A DNA stretch of 63,990 bases, filler included, from Octopus bimaculoides (lineage: Eukaryota): assembly GCF_001194135.2 (NCBI RefSeq). It is 5 parts of 5 records of this genome, joined end to end, with 100 filler letters (N's around TTAATTAATTAA, not from the genome) between each part and the next. Parts side by side here need not be neighbours in the genome. Positions count along the whole stretch, not along the records: positions 1 to 4,134 come from NC_068988.1; positions 4,235 to 13,491 come from NC_069006.1; 3 more parts are not named here. The stretch is one strand, 5' to 3'. This document shows positions 1 to 12,437 of this stretch, one piece after another. Position 1 is the first letter of the stretch, and every line of letters begins with the position of its first letter. The position numbers and the translations under genes are program-made. The notes beneath the pieces were generated by a model. It made no database searches and had not been told where the DNA came from. It saw nothing but the letters and a program-made list of their open reading frames with translations.

Positions 1-2
1 AG

Positions 3-221
3 ACAAATACTTTCCTCGTCGGTCATGCCCTCATCGACTTTTTCAAGTTCCTCTTGAAAAGTAACGTGACGGTGGGGAAGAAAGAACTGAGCGTAGTGTT
101 TTCGTTGAAAGGTTAGTGAATGTGCAGAGGAGGGCCCGTGTGAATGTGCAGAGGAGGGCCCGTGTGAATGTGCAGAGGAGGGCCCGTGTGAATGTGCAGA
201 GGAGGGCCCGTGTGAATGGGC
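3..221 (-). CDS. Candidate coding exon or decayed ORF with (AHSHGPSS)x4 repeat, runs off window start
   Basis: 73 stop-free codons: AHSHGPSS x4 then AHSLTFQRKHYAQFFLPHRHVTFQEELEKVDEGMTDEESIC. Preceded by TAG (possible acceptor AG at 223-222). No homology recognised. Confidence 0.2.
116..217. repeat. 24-bp perfect tandem repeat x4 plus partial
   Basis: Unit gtgaatgtgcagaggagggcccgt read directly. Confidence 0.95.
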
Positions 222-685
222 CTACTCTGAACATCCGCTTGTAAGTCGAAGGAGTTGAGAACGATAAAGGCACTTGCTGAGGTGCCCTTGATGGACGGGG
301 TAACCAGGATGTGTGGAGACCCTTGATTGTCCCTGAGTGCAACACCACTTTTGGGGAATTTTATTCTTCTATTTTCGCTGTCAACTCTTCCTGTTTCATT
401 TTTATGCACAATGATGTGTACTAAGCTCCACTTGTCCCTTATGCTATACTCTCCCCTTTCCGCTTTGGATTCGGCCCCCTTTGCCCAATAATAAAGAAAG
501 GATTCTGATTATCATCATTAGTGTCTTATCTTTTAAGTTGGATTATTTTCAGTGTTTTATTATATATGATTAGATTTTTATTTATTGTAATTAATAAGGG
601 GGGTGCATGTGTGTGCGTGTGTGTGTGTGCATTCTTGTATTCTTTTAGTTGTTTCAGTATATGTTTGTGTGTGTTTGCGGGAGTG

Positions 686-750
<65 letters not shown>

Positions 751-753
<3 letters not shown>

Positions 754-1100
754 GGCACATAGCTCAGTGGCTGGAGCGTCGAGCTTACGATCATGGGGTA
801 GTGAGTTCGATTCCCAGACAGTACTGCGTGTTGTGCCCTTGAGCAGGACACTTTTTTTCCCGTTGCTCCAGTTCACTCAGCTGTAGAAACGAGTTGCGAC
901 GTCACTGGTGCCAAGCTGTATCGGCCCCTTTGCCTTTCCCTTGGATAACATCGGTGGTGTGGAGAGGAGAGGCCGATATGCATCAGCGACTGCTGGTCGT
1001 CCATAAAAACAACCATAAGTTGTGCGTTCGCCGACGGGGCGACTTTCCCCAAAGGGGAGCCTCTTAGGTGCACCCGTAGTCATTCGTGACTGACGGAGAC
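751..1100 (+). mobile_element. tRNA-derived SINE, family E
   Basis: A-box-like tagctcagtgg, B-box gttcgattcc, core gttgtgcccttgagcaggacac. The 3' part recurs inverted at about 28335-28522. Confidence 0.8.
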
Positions 1101-1114
1101 GAGTTAATATATAT

Positions 1115-1160
<46 letters not shown>

Positions 1161-1401
1161 ATATACGCACACGTATGCTCAGAGAAACACACCACTAGGT
1201 ATAAAATTTTCACGTGTTAACCGTGGATAATTGGATGAGTTTCCTCTTTAAAATTTCTCTTTTGTTTTATAAATTCTTTCGAATAATCGTTATTTTTAAA
1301 TACTTATTCTTTTATCAGATTTATATTCATTTTTTAATTTATTTTATAATTAGTACTTCTAATACTACTGTTACATATGTAGTCCACCCTCATCGTATTC
1401 T

Positions 1402-1483
<82 letters not shown>

Positions 1484-1831
1484 NNNNNNNNNNNNNNNNN
1501 NNNNNNNNNNNNNNNNNNNNNNNNNNNNNNNNNNNNNNNNNNNNNNNNNNNNNNNNNNNNNNNNNNNNNNNNNNNNNNNNNNNNNNNNNNNNNNNNNNNN
1601 NNNNNNNNNNNNNNNNNNNNNNNNNNNNNNNNNNNNNNNNNNNNNNNNNNNNNNNNNNNNNNNNNNNNNNNNNNNNNNNNNNNNNNNNNNNNNNNNNNNN
1701 NNNNNNNNNNNNNNNNNNNNNNNNNNNNNNNNNNNNNNNNNNNNNNNNNNNNNNNNNNNNNNNNNNNNNNNNNNNNNNNNNNNNNNNNNNNNNNNNNNNN
1801 NNNNNNNNGTGGTGGTGGTGGTGGTGGTGGT

Positions 1832-2044
1832 GCGAGCTGACAGAATCGTTAGAACGCTGGGTGAAACGCTTAGCCGTATTTCGTCCGCCGTTAGGTTTTG
1901 AGTTCAAATTCCGCCGAGGTTGACTTTGCCTTTCATCCTTTCGGGGGTCGATAAATTAAGTACCAGTTACGTACTGGGGTCGACCTAATCAAGTAGCCCC
2001 CTCCCCCAAATTTTCGGGACTTGTGCCTAGAGTAAAAAAGGATA
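1832..2044 (+). mobile_element. tRNA-derived SINE, family A
   Basis: gcgagctgacagaatcgttag head, gttcaaattcc B box, central gactttgcctttcatcctttcggggtcgataaattaagtacc. More than 15 related copies in the window. Confidence 0.9.
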
Positions 2045-2292
2045 GTGGCGGTGGTGGTCGTCGTGGTCGTGGTGGACATAGGGATGACGTAGGTCGTCGT
2101 GGTGGAGATAAATTCCATTCTGACGGTAATAGTTATCGTTGTCGATGTTGTGTTGAGCATTTCATACCTGTTTTCTTCGTGATAACTGCTGTCATTCTTG
2201 TAATCTCTGCCGTCACTGTTTCACCCCCAGGGACAGCCCTGATCGATACCACAGCTGATATCGCGCATCATCCCATCTATTACATTGAGTAA

Positions 2293-2712
2293 CACGACTT
2301 TTGTCCTGGGGTAGCAACAGTTATTTCTTGTTTGCTTATCCCTAGAAAGTATGAAAAATGGCTAATGTTTCCTTCAAACTTTGCTTTTGTTGCAATATTT
2401 ATTCAAACCCCAAAGAATCCCTCTCAACACATGGCTATGATTCCGCAATCCACCCACCCCCGCCCACTACTCAAAGATGCATGTGCATATTGTCAACCAC
2501 TAAGGGACAGGCTGATGTGGATAAAGTCAAGCAATTAACAAGCAAATCAGTGGTATTGAGCAGAATGGATTGCTATAACGATATTTCTGCTTCAGCAACT
2601 CAGCGTTGAATCTGTCTGAAATGTAATGGAGAATAGGTCAGCTTCACGACATTGATGTCCAGGACACAAAAGCAATTTGAAGGGAAAAGTAACCATTTTC
2701 TTTGATCTGTAG
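2293..2712 (+). mobile_element. Interspersed repeat with internal inverted repeats (MITE-like), family G
   Basis: Inverted pair aatggctaatgtttccttcaaactttgctttt / aaaagcaatttgaagggaaaagtaaccatt. Second copy inverted at 36410-36795. Confidence 0.55.
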
Positions 2713-4085
2713 ATAGAACCAAATATGAAACAACATTTATTGACAAAAGATAACAAAAACAAAAATTTGCTACAGTGTTATTCAGGCAGAACGTATCCCG
2801 GACGACATTCGCCAATGCGCCATTTTTTCCATTATTTCAATGCAATTTCAGGGTGATTTAGCTACTATTTTAGTACGTCAAGTCATCCCATACATACTTA
2901 NNNNNNNNNNNNNNNNNNNNNNNNNNNNNNNNNNNNNNNNNNNNNNNNNNNNNNNNNNNNNNNNNNNNNNNNNNNNNNNNNNNNNNNNNNNNNNNNNNNN
3001 NNNNNNNNNNNNNNNNNNNNNNNNNNNNNNNNNNNNNNNNNNNNNNNNNNNNNNNNNNNNNNNNNNNNNNNNNNNNNNNNNNNNNNNNNNNNNNNNNNNN
3101 NNNNNNNNNNNNNNNNNNNNNNNNNNNNNNNNNNNNNNNNNNNNNNNNNNNNNNNNNNNNNNNNNNNNNNNNNNNNNNNNNNNNNNNNNNNNNNNNNNNN
3201 NNNNNNNNNNNNNNNNNNNNNNNNNNNNNNNNNNNNNNNNNNNNNNNNNNNNNNNNNNNNNNNNNNNNNNNNNNNNNNNNNNNNNNNNNNNNNNNNNNNN
3301 NNNNNNNNNNNNNNNNNNNNNNNNNNNNNNNNNNNNNNNNNNNNNNNNNNNNNNNNNNNNNNNNNNNNNNNNNNNNNNNNNNNNNNNNNNNNNNNNNNNN
3401 NNNNNNNNNNNNNNNNNNNNNNNNNNNNNNNNNNNNNNNNNNNNNNNNNNNNNNNNNNNNNNNNNNNNNNNNNNNNNNNNNNNNNNNNNNNNNNNNNNNN
3501 NNNNNNNNNNNNNNNNNNNNNNNNNNNNNNNNNNNNNNNNNNNNNNNNNNNNNNNNNNNNNNNNNNNNNNNNNNNNNNNNNNNNNNNNNNNNNNNNNNNN
3601 NNNNNNNNNNNNNNNNNNNNNNNNNNNNNNNNNNNNNNNNNNNNNNNNNNNNNNNNNNNNNNNNNNNNNNNNNNNNNNNNNNNNNNNNNNNNNNNNNNNN
3701 NNNNNNNNNNNNNNNNNNNNNNNNNNNNNNNNNNNNNNNNNNNNNNNNNNNNNNNNNNNNNNNNNNNNNNNNNNNNNNNNNNNNNNNNNNNNNNNNNNNN
3801 NNNNNNNNNNNNNNNNNNNNNNNNATATATATATATATATATACATAGATGCATTTATAAACATTTATGTGCATATACACACACATATATAAATGTGTGC
3901 GTGTATTAAATACACATAAACACACACACACAGTGGCACATACATGAATATACATGTGTGTGTGTGTATGTATACAAACATGCAAGTATCCATGTGCACA
4001 TACTGACACGCATACTCATATATCAATATATATAAATATACATATATATACATACATACATACACACACACATACATACATACAT

Positions 4086-4134
<49 letters not shown>

Positions 4135-4234
4135 NNNNNNNNNNNNNNNNNNNNNNNNNNNNNNNNNNNNNNNNNNNNTTAATTAATTAANNNNNNNNNN
4201 NNNNNNNNNNNNNNNNNNNNNNNNNNNNNNNNNN
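4135..4234. other. Artificial scaffold linker 44N-TTAATTAATTAA-44N
   Basis: Exactly 100 bp with six-frame stop linker. Same structure at 13492-13591, 43430-43529 and 62179-62278. Confidence 0.95.
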
Positions 4235-5237
4235 ATATATATGACCACTCCTGACTATCCCTGACACATAGGCTGGGTCTTGTGACGCTGTGTCACATGA
4301 TTCTATCTCAGTACAAAGTTAAAGTATAATTGCTATTTATAATGGTGTTATAACGATAGTGTTGTGGAGGCGAGGAAACTGCATTGGTAGTGAGATCTTG
4401 CCGCTGATGATGATAACGAAGATGGCAGTATGATAGTCATGGCGAGGTGGGGGGGGGGAGTGAGGGAATTCGTGATGTGATTACAATAGTAGTTGTAATG
4501 GTTGGTGGTGGTACATGCGGTGGTGACGATGACGGTGGCGCGGTGGTGATGGTAAGGTGGTTCTAACTCTGATGGTGGGGAACGACGGTGGTGGCAGTGG
4601 TAGTGAAGTAGCAGTAGTGGTCGCAGTGTATGACGGTTATGAATAATGATATCAAGGAGGTGATGGTGATGGTGATGGCAATGATGGCCGCGTATTGGTT
4701 CCCTTGCTGACGATGGCGTTTGCGCGATATGAATGATGATGCCGGTAACGGCAAGGATGATGATGATGATGATGATGACGATTGTGGTGGCTGTGGTCTG
4801 AAGTTGAAGATGTTGGTGTTACGGTGATAGTGATGGTGATGATTATGACTGTTGTGTCATAGAGATAGTGACGGTATAGGTGATGGTGGTGGTGGTGGAG
4901 GCATTGGTGGTTGTTATTAATTAAAAAGAACAACACACCAGATTCGAACTGCTGTACAGGAAAGACTTCGTTGACCTAAGGTCACAGAAACTGTTCACAT
5001 CAAACATATTGGATGAAAAGATGAGAAAAGAAAACAAAAGTAAAAAAAAAAAAAAAACTGTAAAGAACATAAAATGAAAACAAACATGAAGATAACAACC
5101 AATAAAACATCAGCTATAATAATAATAATAATGACTTCTTTATTCATTTATTGATTAATATTTAATTTCTACAACAACAATAATAAGGATACTATTGATA
5201 TTGATGATTATTATTATTAATATCATCAATATTCATA

Positions 5238-5400
5238 TAATAATAAGAAGAAGAAGGAGAAGAAGGAGAAGAAGAAGAAGGAGAAGAAGGAGAAGAAGAA
5301 GAAGGTGAAGAAGGAGAAGAAGGAGAAGAAGGAGAAGAAGGAGAAGAAGGAGAAGAAGGAGAAGAAGAAGAAGAAAAAGAAGAAGATGAAGAAGAAGAAT
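5238..5400. repeat. (GAA)/(GGA) compound microsatellite
   Basis: Direct reading; source of poly-L and poly-K/E ORFs. Confidence 0.95.
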
Positions 5401-5712
5401 TATAAATATAATAGCATCAATATTAACATCAAAAATAAAAATATTAATAATTGCATTAATAATAATAATGATGATGATAATAATAATAACGGAGATCCAA
5501 ATAACAGCAACAACAACAGCAACAATAATGATAATAATAATAATAATGAAACTAGGTGGGGATAAAGAACAAAAAAGAAAGGGTGACGGGTGGATGGCGC
5601 GAAAAATCAACAAAAATGAAAGCTGATTGACTTTAATACCGCAAAAGTAATTACAATTAGTAATTAAACATTCCAATGAAAAAAGGGATGTTAACGCAAG
5701 CACGAGAATAAC

Positions 5713-5759
<47 letters not shown>

Positions 5760-6156
5760 CATACATACAGAGAGAGAGAGAGAGAAAAAAAAAAGAGAGG
5801 GAGACAGACAGAAGAGGGAGGGAGAGATTTGTTTGTACGAATGTATGTGTATATATATGCATATATATATATGTATGTATACATATATATGCACACACAT
5901 GTATATACATGTACATATGTATGCATATATATGCACACACACATATATATGTATATATATATATGCACACACATATATATATGCATATATATGTATATAT
6001 ATATATGCACACACATATGTATATACATGTACATATGTATGCATATATATGCACATATATATATATATATACACGCAGAAAAAAAGCATGGTAGAAGTGA
6101 AAGTAGGATAAGAAGAGCAATCAATGCAACAACTATAGCAGCGTTCGGGGATAATA

Positions 6157-6189
<33 letters not shown>

Positions 6190-7147
6190 ACTATTATTAT
6201 TATTATTATTATCATCATAATAACAGCAACAACAACGAAATGCAACATCCATACCAACAACAAACACAACTATAGTTGCTTGAACAATAACAACAACAAC
6301 AATAATCACATCATCAACATGAAGCATAACGATAACCTCGTCGACAACAACATGATCAGAAATACATCGAGCACACAACCACAACAACAACAACCTTATC
6401 GATAAATATTACGACATCATCAATAACAAGAACATAACGATATGATTGTGAACATCAAGAATACAGAAAACGACAACTACTACTGCATAGACGAACATCA
6501 TCAACAATAATAATATTGATATCAACATCATCGATAGCTACTACTACTACTACTACGTTAACAACACCAACAACGTCATGGTCATCATCATTAACATCAA
6601 TATCATCATCATCATTATCATCATCATCATCACCACCAAGATCATCGTCGGTATCAGCAATATCTACATCGTTATCATCATTAGCAACGTCAACTGAAAC
6701 ATCATCACCATCACTATCAACGCCAAGAAGCAAACGTAATCCACAACAACAACAGCAGCAGCAGCACCACCAACTACAACAACCAACCAACAACAACAAC
6801 AGCAACTACTACTACTACAACAATAACATCGGCTTTGCAATCAACAACAACAATCCGCCGCATTGATCCCAACTCAAAGGAACATCTGAATGAAGACTTT
6901 GGTTTATTCTAATTAGCATTAATTATCATCAAAGACATTATCTTCTCTTTCCCTCACCTCTCCCCCCTTTCACTCTCCTCCTATCTCCCTTCCGACATCT
7001 TTCTCTCCACCTTACACACATACTCCTATCTCCCTCTATTTTTACCCTTTCCTCTTTTTCCACGTCTACCCATGATTCCTTTCCAACTCTGCCTTTCTGT
7101 TTCTTTCTACCCTTGCTCTTTCTCTCTGCCTTTCACCCTCACCACCC

Positions 7148-7178
<31 letters not shown>

Positions 7179-7460
7179 ACATACATACACACTCACACGT
7201 ATACCCAACATTCACTGATGCGTGCGCTTAAATACATACATATATGTGTAGAGGGGTTAGGTGTAATGATATGTATATATAATGATAGAAATAAGTTAAC
7301 CAGACCCGTTATCTCTATGGACAAAAACCGAAGTTAGTGCCGCCATCATAACATTGGGGGTGGGAAACAAACGAACCGGTTAATAATACTAAGAGAAGCC
7401 ATGGAAATTTTGAAAGCTATTTTGAAAGCTCTCAGATGGTTGGAAGTGTAAGGAGGACCA

Positions 7461-7505
<45 letters not shown>

Positions 7506-8384
7506 GTTTTGTTGGATACATCTGATACAAGGGGTGATATAAAAAGNNNNNNNNNNNNNNNNNNNNNNNNNNNNNNNNNNNNNNNNNNNNNNNNNNNNNN
7601 NNNNNNNNNNNNNNNNNNNNNNNNNNNNNNNNNNNNNNNNNNNNNNNNNNNNNNNNNNNNNNNNNNNNNNNNNNNNNNNNNNNNNNNNNNNNNNNNNNNN
7701 NNNNNNNNNNNNNNNNNNNNNNNNNNNNNNNNNNNNNNNNNNNNNNNNNNNNNNNNNNNNNNNNNNNNNNNNNNNNNNNNNNNNNNNNNNNNNNNNNNNN
7801 NNNNNNNNNNNNNNNNNNNNNNNNNNNNNNNNNNNNNNNNNNNNNNNNNNNNNNNNNNNNNNNNNNNNNNNNNNNNNNNNNNNNNNNNNNNNNNNNNNNN
7901 NNNNNNNNNNNNNNNNNNNNNNNNNNNNNNNNNNNNNNNNNNNNNNNNNNNNNNNNNNNNNNNNNNNNNNNNNNNNNNNNNNNNNNNNNNNNNNNNNNNN
8001 NNNNNNNNNNNNNNNNNNNNNNNNNNNNNNNNNNNNNNNNNNNNNNNNNNNNNNNNNNNNNNNNNNNNNNNNNNNNNNNNNNNNNNNNNNNNNNNNNNNN
8101 NNNNNNNNNNNNNNNNNNNNNNNNNNNNNNNNNNNNNNNNNNNNNNNNNNNNNNNNNNNNNNNNNNNNNNNNNNNNNNNNNNNNNNNNNNNNNNNNNNNN
8201 NNNNNNNNNNNNNNNNNNNNNNNNNNNNNNNNNNNNNNNNNNNNNNNNNNNNNNNNNNNNNNNNNNNNNNNNNNNNNNNNNNNNNNNNNNNNNNNNNNNN
8301 NNNNNNNNNNNNNNNNNNNNNNNNNNNNNNNNNNNNNNNNNNNNNNNNNNNNNNNNNNNNNNGTTACTGTAAGGCTGTATTAAA

Positions 8385-8560
8385 CCTTTTACTTGTTTCA
8401 GTCATTGAACTGTGGCCATGCTGAGATACCGCCTTGAAGAATAAATCGACCCTAGTATTTATTTTTTAAAACCCGGTACTTATTCTATCGGTCTCTTTTG
8501 CCGTCCCTCTAAGTTACGGAAACAATACCAACACCGGTTGTAAAGCGGCGCGAGCGAGCA

Positions 8561-8601
<41 letters not shown>

Positions 8602-8625
8602 ACGACGGACTTCTTTCAGTTTCCG
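8385..8625 (-). mobile_element. SINE family D, 3' part with internal (CA)n
   Basis: cttgtttcagtcattgaactgtggccatgctg tail matches the reverse complement of 57600-57720. Confidence 0.8.
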
Positions 8626-8996
8626 TCTGCCATAATATAGGTTCAAGCACGGGCTTTATGGTTCGAAAGTTCGTTTCGTAATTATATGGTTGTGGGTTAG
8701 ATCTCAGTTCGTAGCACTTTGGGGCAGTGTCTTCTAGTACAGCGCCCAGTTAATTAATGGCCTGAGTGGATGGTGGTAGACGAAAACAGCTTGTAAGCCT
8801 ATCACGCGTGCGCGCGTGTGTGTCTTTACCTTTATACTTCTTAAAGATATTCATTGGAGTGAATATATTCGACTAAACACACGAAGATAGTACTCCATCA
8901 TGGCCAGAATTTAATAACTAGGAAATGAATAAAAGAACAAACATATATATATATGTATATGTATATTTCCACTCGTACGGTATTCCACAACTTTAT

Positions 8997-9030
<34 letters not shown>

Positions 9031-10252
9031 CCATACTTAATTTAAACTGTAACAATTTACTTTATATTATTTACAAAATACTAGCAGAATTGCCACCCTC
9101 GGGCTGATTTTCTGCTAGGCTGAATTGAAGAATTCAAATTTGATAACAAATAGTGCAGTATGTATATTGTATTACATTGTAATCAATATATTAAACGAAA
9201 TCGTTATGTTATTTAACAAAAAAACTCAAAGTCGACAACGTAGGCACAGAAGTTAACGAAGCGCTTTCATTATTCAAAGGACCATGCTTCACAAGTGTGT
9301 ATATAACTGAATGAAACTTCAAATGTAAAATTTCTATGTAATTTTGAATTGATATTCATAGTGTGAAAAGTTGCACTAATATTCTCAAAGTATCTCAAAG
9401 AAAATCTTTATCAGTTTTGTTTTTTTATGAAGACAACAAAAAAGCAGTCGAGGAAGGCGGAGAGCGCTTTGCAAGGGGAAAAAACTGAGGATAAGAGTGA
9501 GAAAAGTTATAAAGGTCGAGAAAGAGTAAGACTAATCGAAATAGAGACGGTAAACAAAAAAGAGATAGAAAGAGAGAAAGGAGTAAGGTGTTGAAAAAAC
9601 GCCATGATGGTATAAAACTGAGAGGGGAAAAGTTATACGGACAGAGTGGAAGACAAGGAATATAGGTGGTAAACAAAAACAATAACCTTGTAATCATGTT
9701 TTTAATGATAAAAGTTGAATAGAGGCGGATGAAAGAGAAAGAGGGAGTTGCAAAGAAAGAAACAGAGTAAAAGTGCGAGTGGAAAAGTAAAAAGGATAAA
9801 GAAAGACAAAGACTAACAGGAATAGAAGCAGAGAGGGGGGAAAATGGAAAAGAGAGGGAGTAAGACAAGGAAAACGTTATCTCGCGGTATAAGATGTTAT
9901 CTTGCTGTGAATTCGAATCGAGTCATGTAGTTGATATCTCCTATGATAAAGAATTTTGAAAGCCACTTTTCGAGATATATATATATATTTATATATATAT
10001 ATTTCTCGTCTGGCCGTAAAGCCTTTTCTGTTTGTTTTCCTGTCTTGTTTTTTGTCCGCCACNNNNNNNNNNATACTCATTTACTATTTGTTTATAGATA
10101 GATAGATAGATAGATAGATAGATTACAATTAAAAGGGTAAAGATTTATTAATTCATTAATAAATTAACAATTAATAATTTCTACCAAGCCCTTCGGTATG
10201 TAAACACCATTATCGGTGAAGAACTTATTTAAAAGTTCTTATACATTTATAA

Positions 10253-10511
10253 ACATAATTAAGGGATCAGCAACAGTTGCTTCACCACATACCGAAGTTC
10301 AGAAATAGCAGCTAAAATGCTGAAACTCCAACAGATAGCATTACTTGTAACTCACAAAGGCAAAACTACGACTGGTTAGTTTTCGTTGTTTTTTCTTGTT
10401 TTGCCTTTGTGAGTTACAAGTAATGCTATCTGTTGGAGTTTCAGCATTTTAGCTGCTATTTCTGAACTTCGGTATGTGGTGAAACAACTGTTGCTGATCC
10501 CTTAATTATGT
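10253..10511. repeat. Fold-back inverted repeat, 114-bp arms, 31-nt spacer
   Basis: 10253-10366 is the reverse complement of 10398-10511 with one mismatch. Confidence 0.95.
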
Positions 10512-11409
10512 ATATATAGATAGATATAGATATATAGAAATATATTACATTCAAAATTTTCAAGTATTTTCTGTGCAACGTAGACACTAATAATTGCTTT
10601 AAAAAGTTACATACTCAAAACTAAGCAGCTCTCTTCATAGCATAGATACTTAACGCAACTGTCTTCAAATACAGCTTGTCTCCTGGTTAGCTTTTGCAAA
10701 TGTATATTTAGACACACATATGTAAATAGATACAAACAACCTGACATACATTAATACATATATTCAGAACACCTTAGTATTGTTTCTGTTTATTGAGCAA
10801 ATTGATATTTACACGGGTTAATGGTTTCGACTTTCATCCAAATTACTAGCCTTCTACCTAAATCAGAAACAATTATATCATATTCTAAGCTAAACTTCAA
10901 AAATATTACATGTACACAGAGAAAAAAAGTAATGAGAGAATGACTGAAGCTTCAGCAACATTACAAACTTTGCTTTACATTCTTCATTCTCCCCGTTCCA
11001 TTTCCCGTTAAATCCCCAAGTCACTTTCTCTTGCCTGCTTGCTTTAACTGCCACTTTTCTTCAACATTACACTTCTTAGAATCTTCTGCCTTACTCTCCC
11101 TTTTTTTTCTCCTTTCTTTATTATATAGAAGTATTTCAGATTATCAGGACATTTACTATTTTACACTTTACTAATGCAATGTAAACAGTATCATTTATAA
11201 TATTATTACAAATTTGGGATTTTACCAATAGAACCGTAACTCCTATTTCAAGGATAACATTGTATGGAATACACAAAGAAAGTTATATCCAACAAAATGA
11301 TATAAGCATTTTAAAAAAACCTACTATAAAATACAATAAAATTATTTGAAAAATATATAACTTACCTGTTATTAGTCTGTGGAGAAAGAAGATATTTTTA
11401 ATCAACGCA

Positions 11410-11487
11410 ACAGGTATTTCTGCGCTGGTGGGGTATTTATCAAGGCTATACCTAATACATGAATCCACCAGTGCGTCCTCAGTCTAT
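11410..11487 (-). ncRNA. Degenerate hammerhead-like motif (CUGAGGA, long stem II, GAAA)
   Basis: Minus strand ctgagga-c-gcactggtgg...ccaccagcgc-a-gaaa. Stems I and III are not recoverable. Downstream of a PLE endonuclease relic on the same strand. Confidence 0.35.
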
Positions 11488-11577
11488 CTTATTATTATTA
11501 TTAACAACGGATCAAGGTTAAAAATACATATAAGTCATATTAAATAGTAAAACTAGCAATATGAATATGAATTAAAA

Positions 11578-11870
11578 TATATAAATTACAAATCTTTTTT
11601 TTTTTTTTCAAATTAAAAAAATTAAATTTTAAAAAATTCAAAGACCTGAAATTACAATACCGACATACATAGAAATTACGAATCTTTTTTTTTTTTTTTT
11701 CAAATTAAAAAAAATTAAACAAATTTTAAAAAATTCAAAGACCTGAAATTACAATACCGATATATATAGAAATTACGAATCTTTTTTTTTTTTTCAAATT
11801 AAAAAAATTAAACAAATTTTTAAATTTTTAAAAATTCAAAGACCTGAAATTACAATACCGATATATATAT
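11578..11870. repeat. About 95-bp AT-rich tandem repeat x3
   Basis: Unit contains aaaaaattcaaagacctgaaattacaataccga and poly-T/poly-A tracts of variable length. Confidence 0.9.
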
Positions 11871-12140
11871 AGAAAATGTTAAACCTAAGGAAACCCTCAA
11901 CGACTATATCAAATCCTATCACCTATCTATATAAACATTACGGGAATTAATAATTTGGTGTAAGATTTACCCCTACCTATACAAGTATAAATTGCCATTT
12001 TTTATGTCAGACGTAAGTTAATAGTATTTAAAAATATTATTTAGTAAAAACCACTATATACGTTATAAATTTATTGAATAAAACTAATAAAAAATCTAGT
12101 AAAAAAATTAACAAAGGAAGACTACTTACCGACATAAAGT

Positions 12141-12425
12141 TTACTCCTTCTCGTTCCTGTGCAAATGGCTGCTCCTTCTGTAATGGGAATAAAAAATGAA
12201 ATAAAATTCTCTGAAAAATTCTATTTTATTTCCTCTCTCTTCAATACTGTTCAGTAATACCTCACTCGACTGGAGTATTTTCATAAACTCTTTTGTGTAT
12301 AATAAACACATTTTATTACCTATTCTATATGACTTCGCTCTACAAATGATATTCCAATTGTGGATGTATTCTATTTTATTAGATTTCAACACCCATATGT
12401 ATTTACTTAGACTTGTCGAATTCAT
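12141..12425 (-). pseudogene. Penelope-like element GIY-YIG endonuclease C-terminal relic
   Basis: NSTSLSKYIWVLKSNKIEYIHNWNIICRAKSYRIGNKMCLLYTKEFMKILQSSEVLLN fits the PLE pattern ST.LSKYIW.LK...W.I...A..Y..G.K.C.LC..E...I...LLN. Confidence 0.75.
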
Positions 12426-12437
12426 TAATTTAGGATT

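Noticed and set aside
521-886. ORFs rich in YI, CV and HT repeats here and throughout the window
   Set aside because: Translations of (TA)n, (TG)n and (CA)n microsatellites, which lack stops in some frames.
2840-4009. 300-480 aa ORFs spanning X runs (also at 15.3, 18.6, 23.3, 28.3 and 39.2 kb)
   Set aside because: Length comes from N gaps.
5233-6866. Poly-K/E/N/L/I/D ORFs
   Set aside because: Trinucleotide and dinucleotide repeats; no splice or complexity evidence.
7270-7450. Possible GIY-YIG tail (…ILREAMEILK…)
   Set aside because: Too short and broken to support a PLE call.
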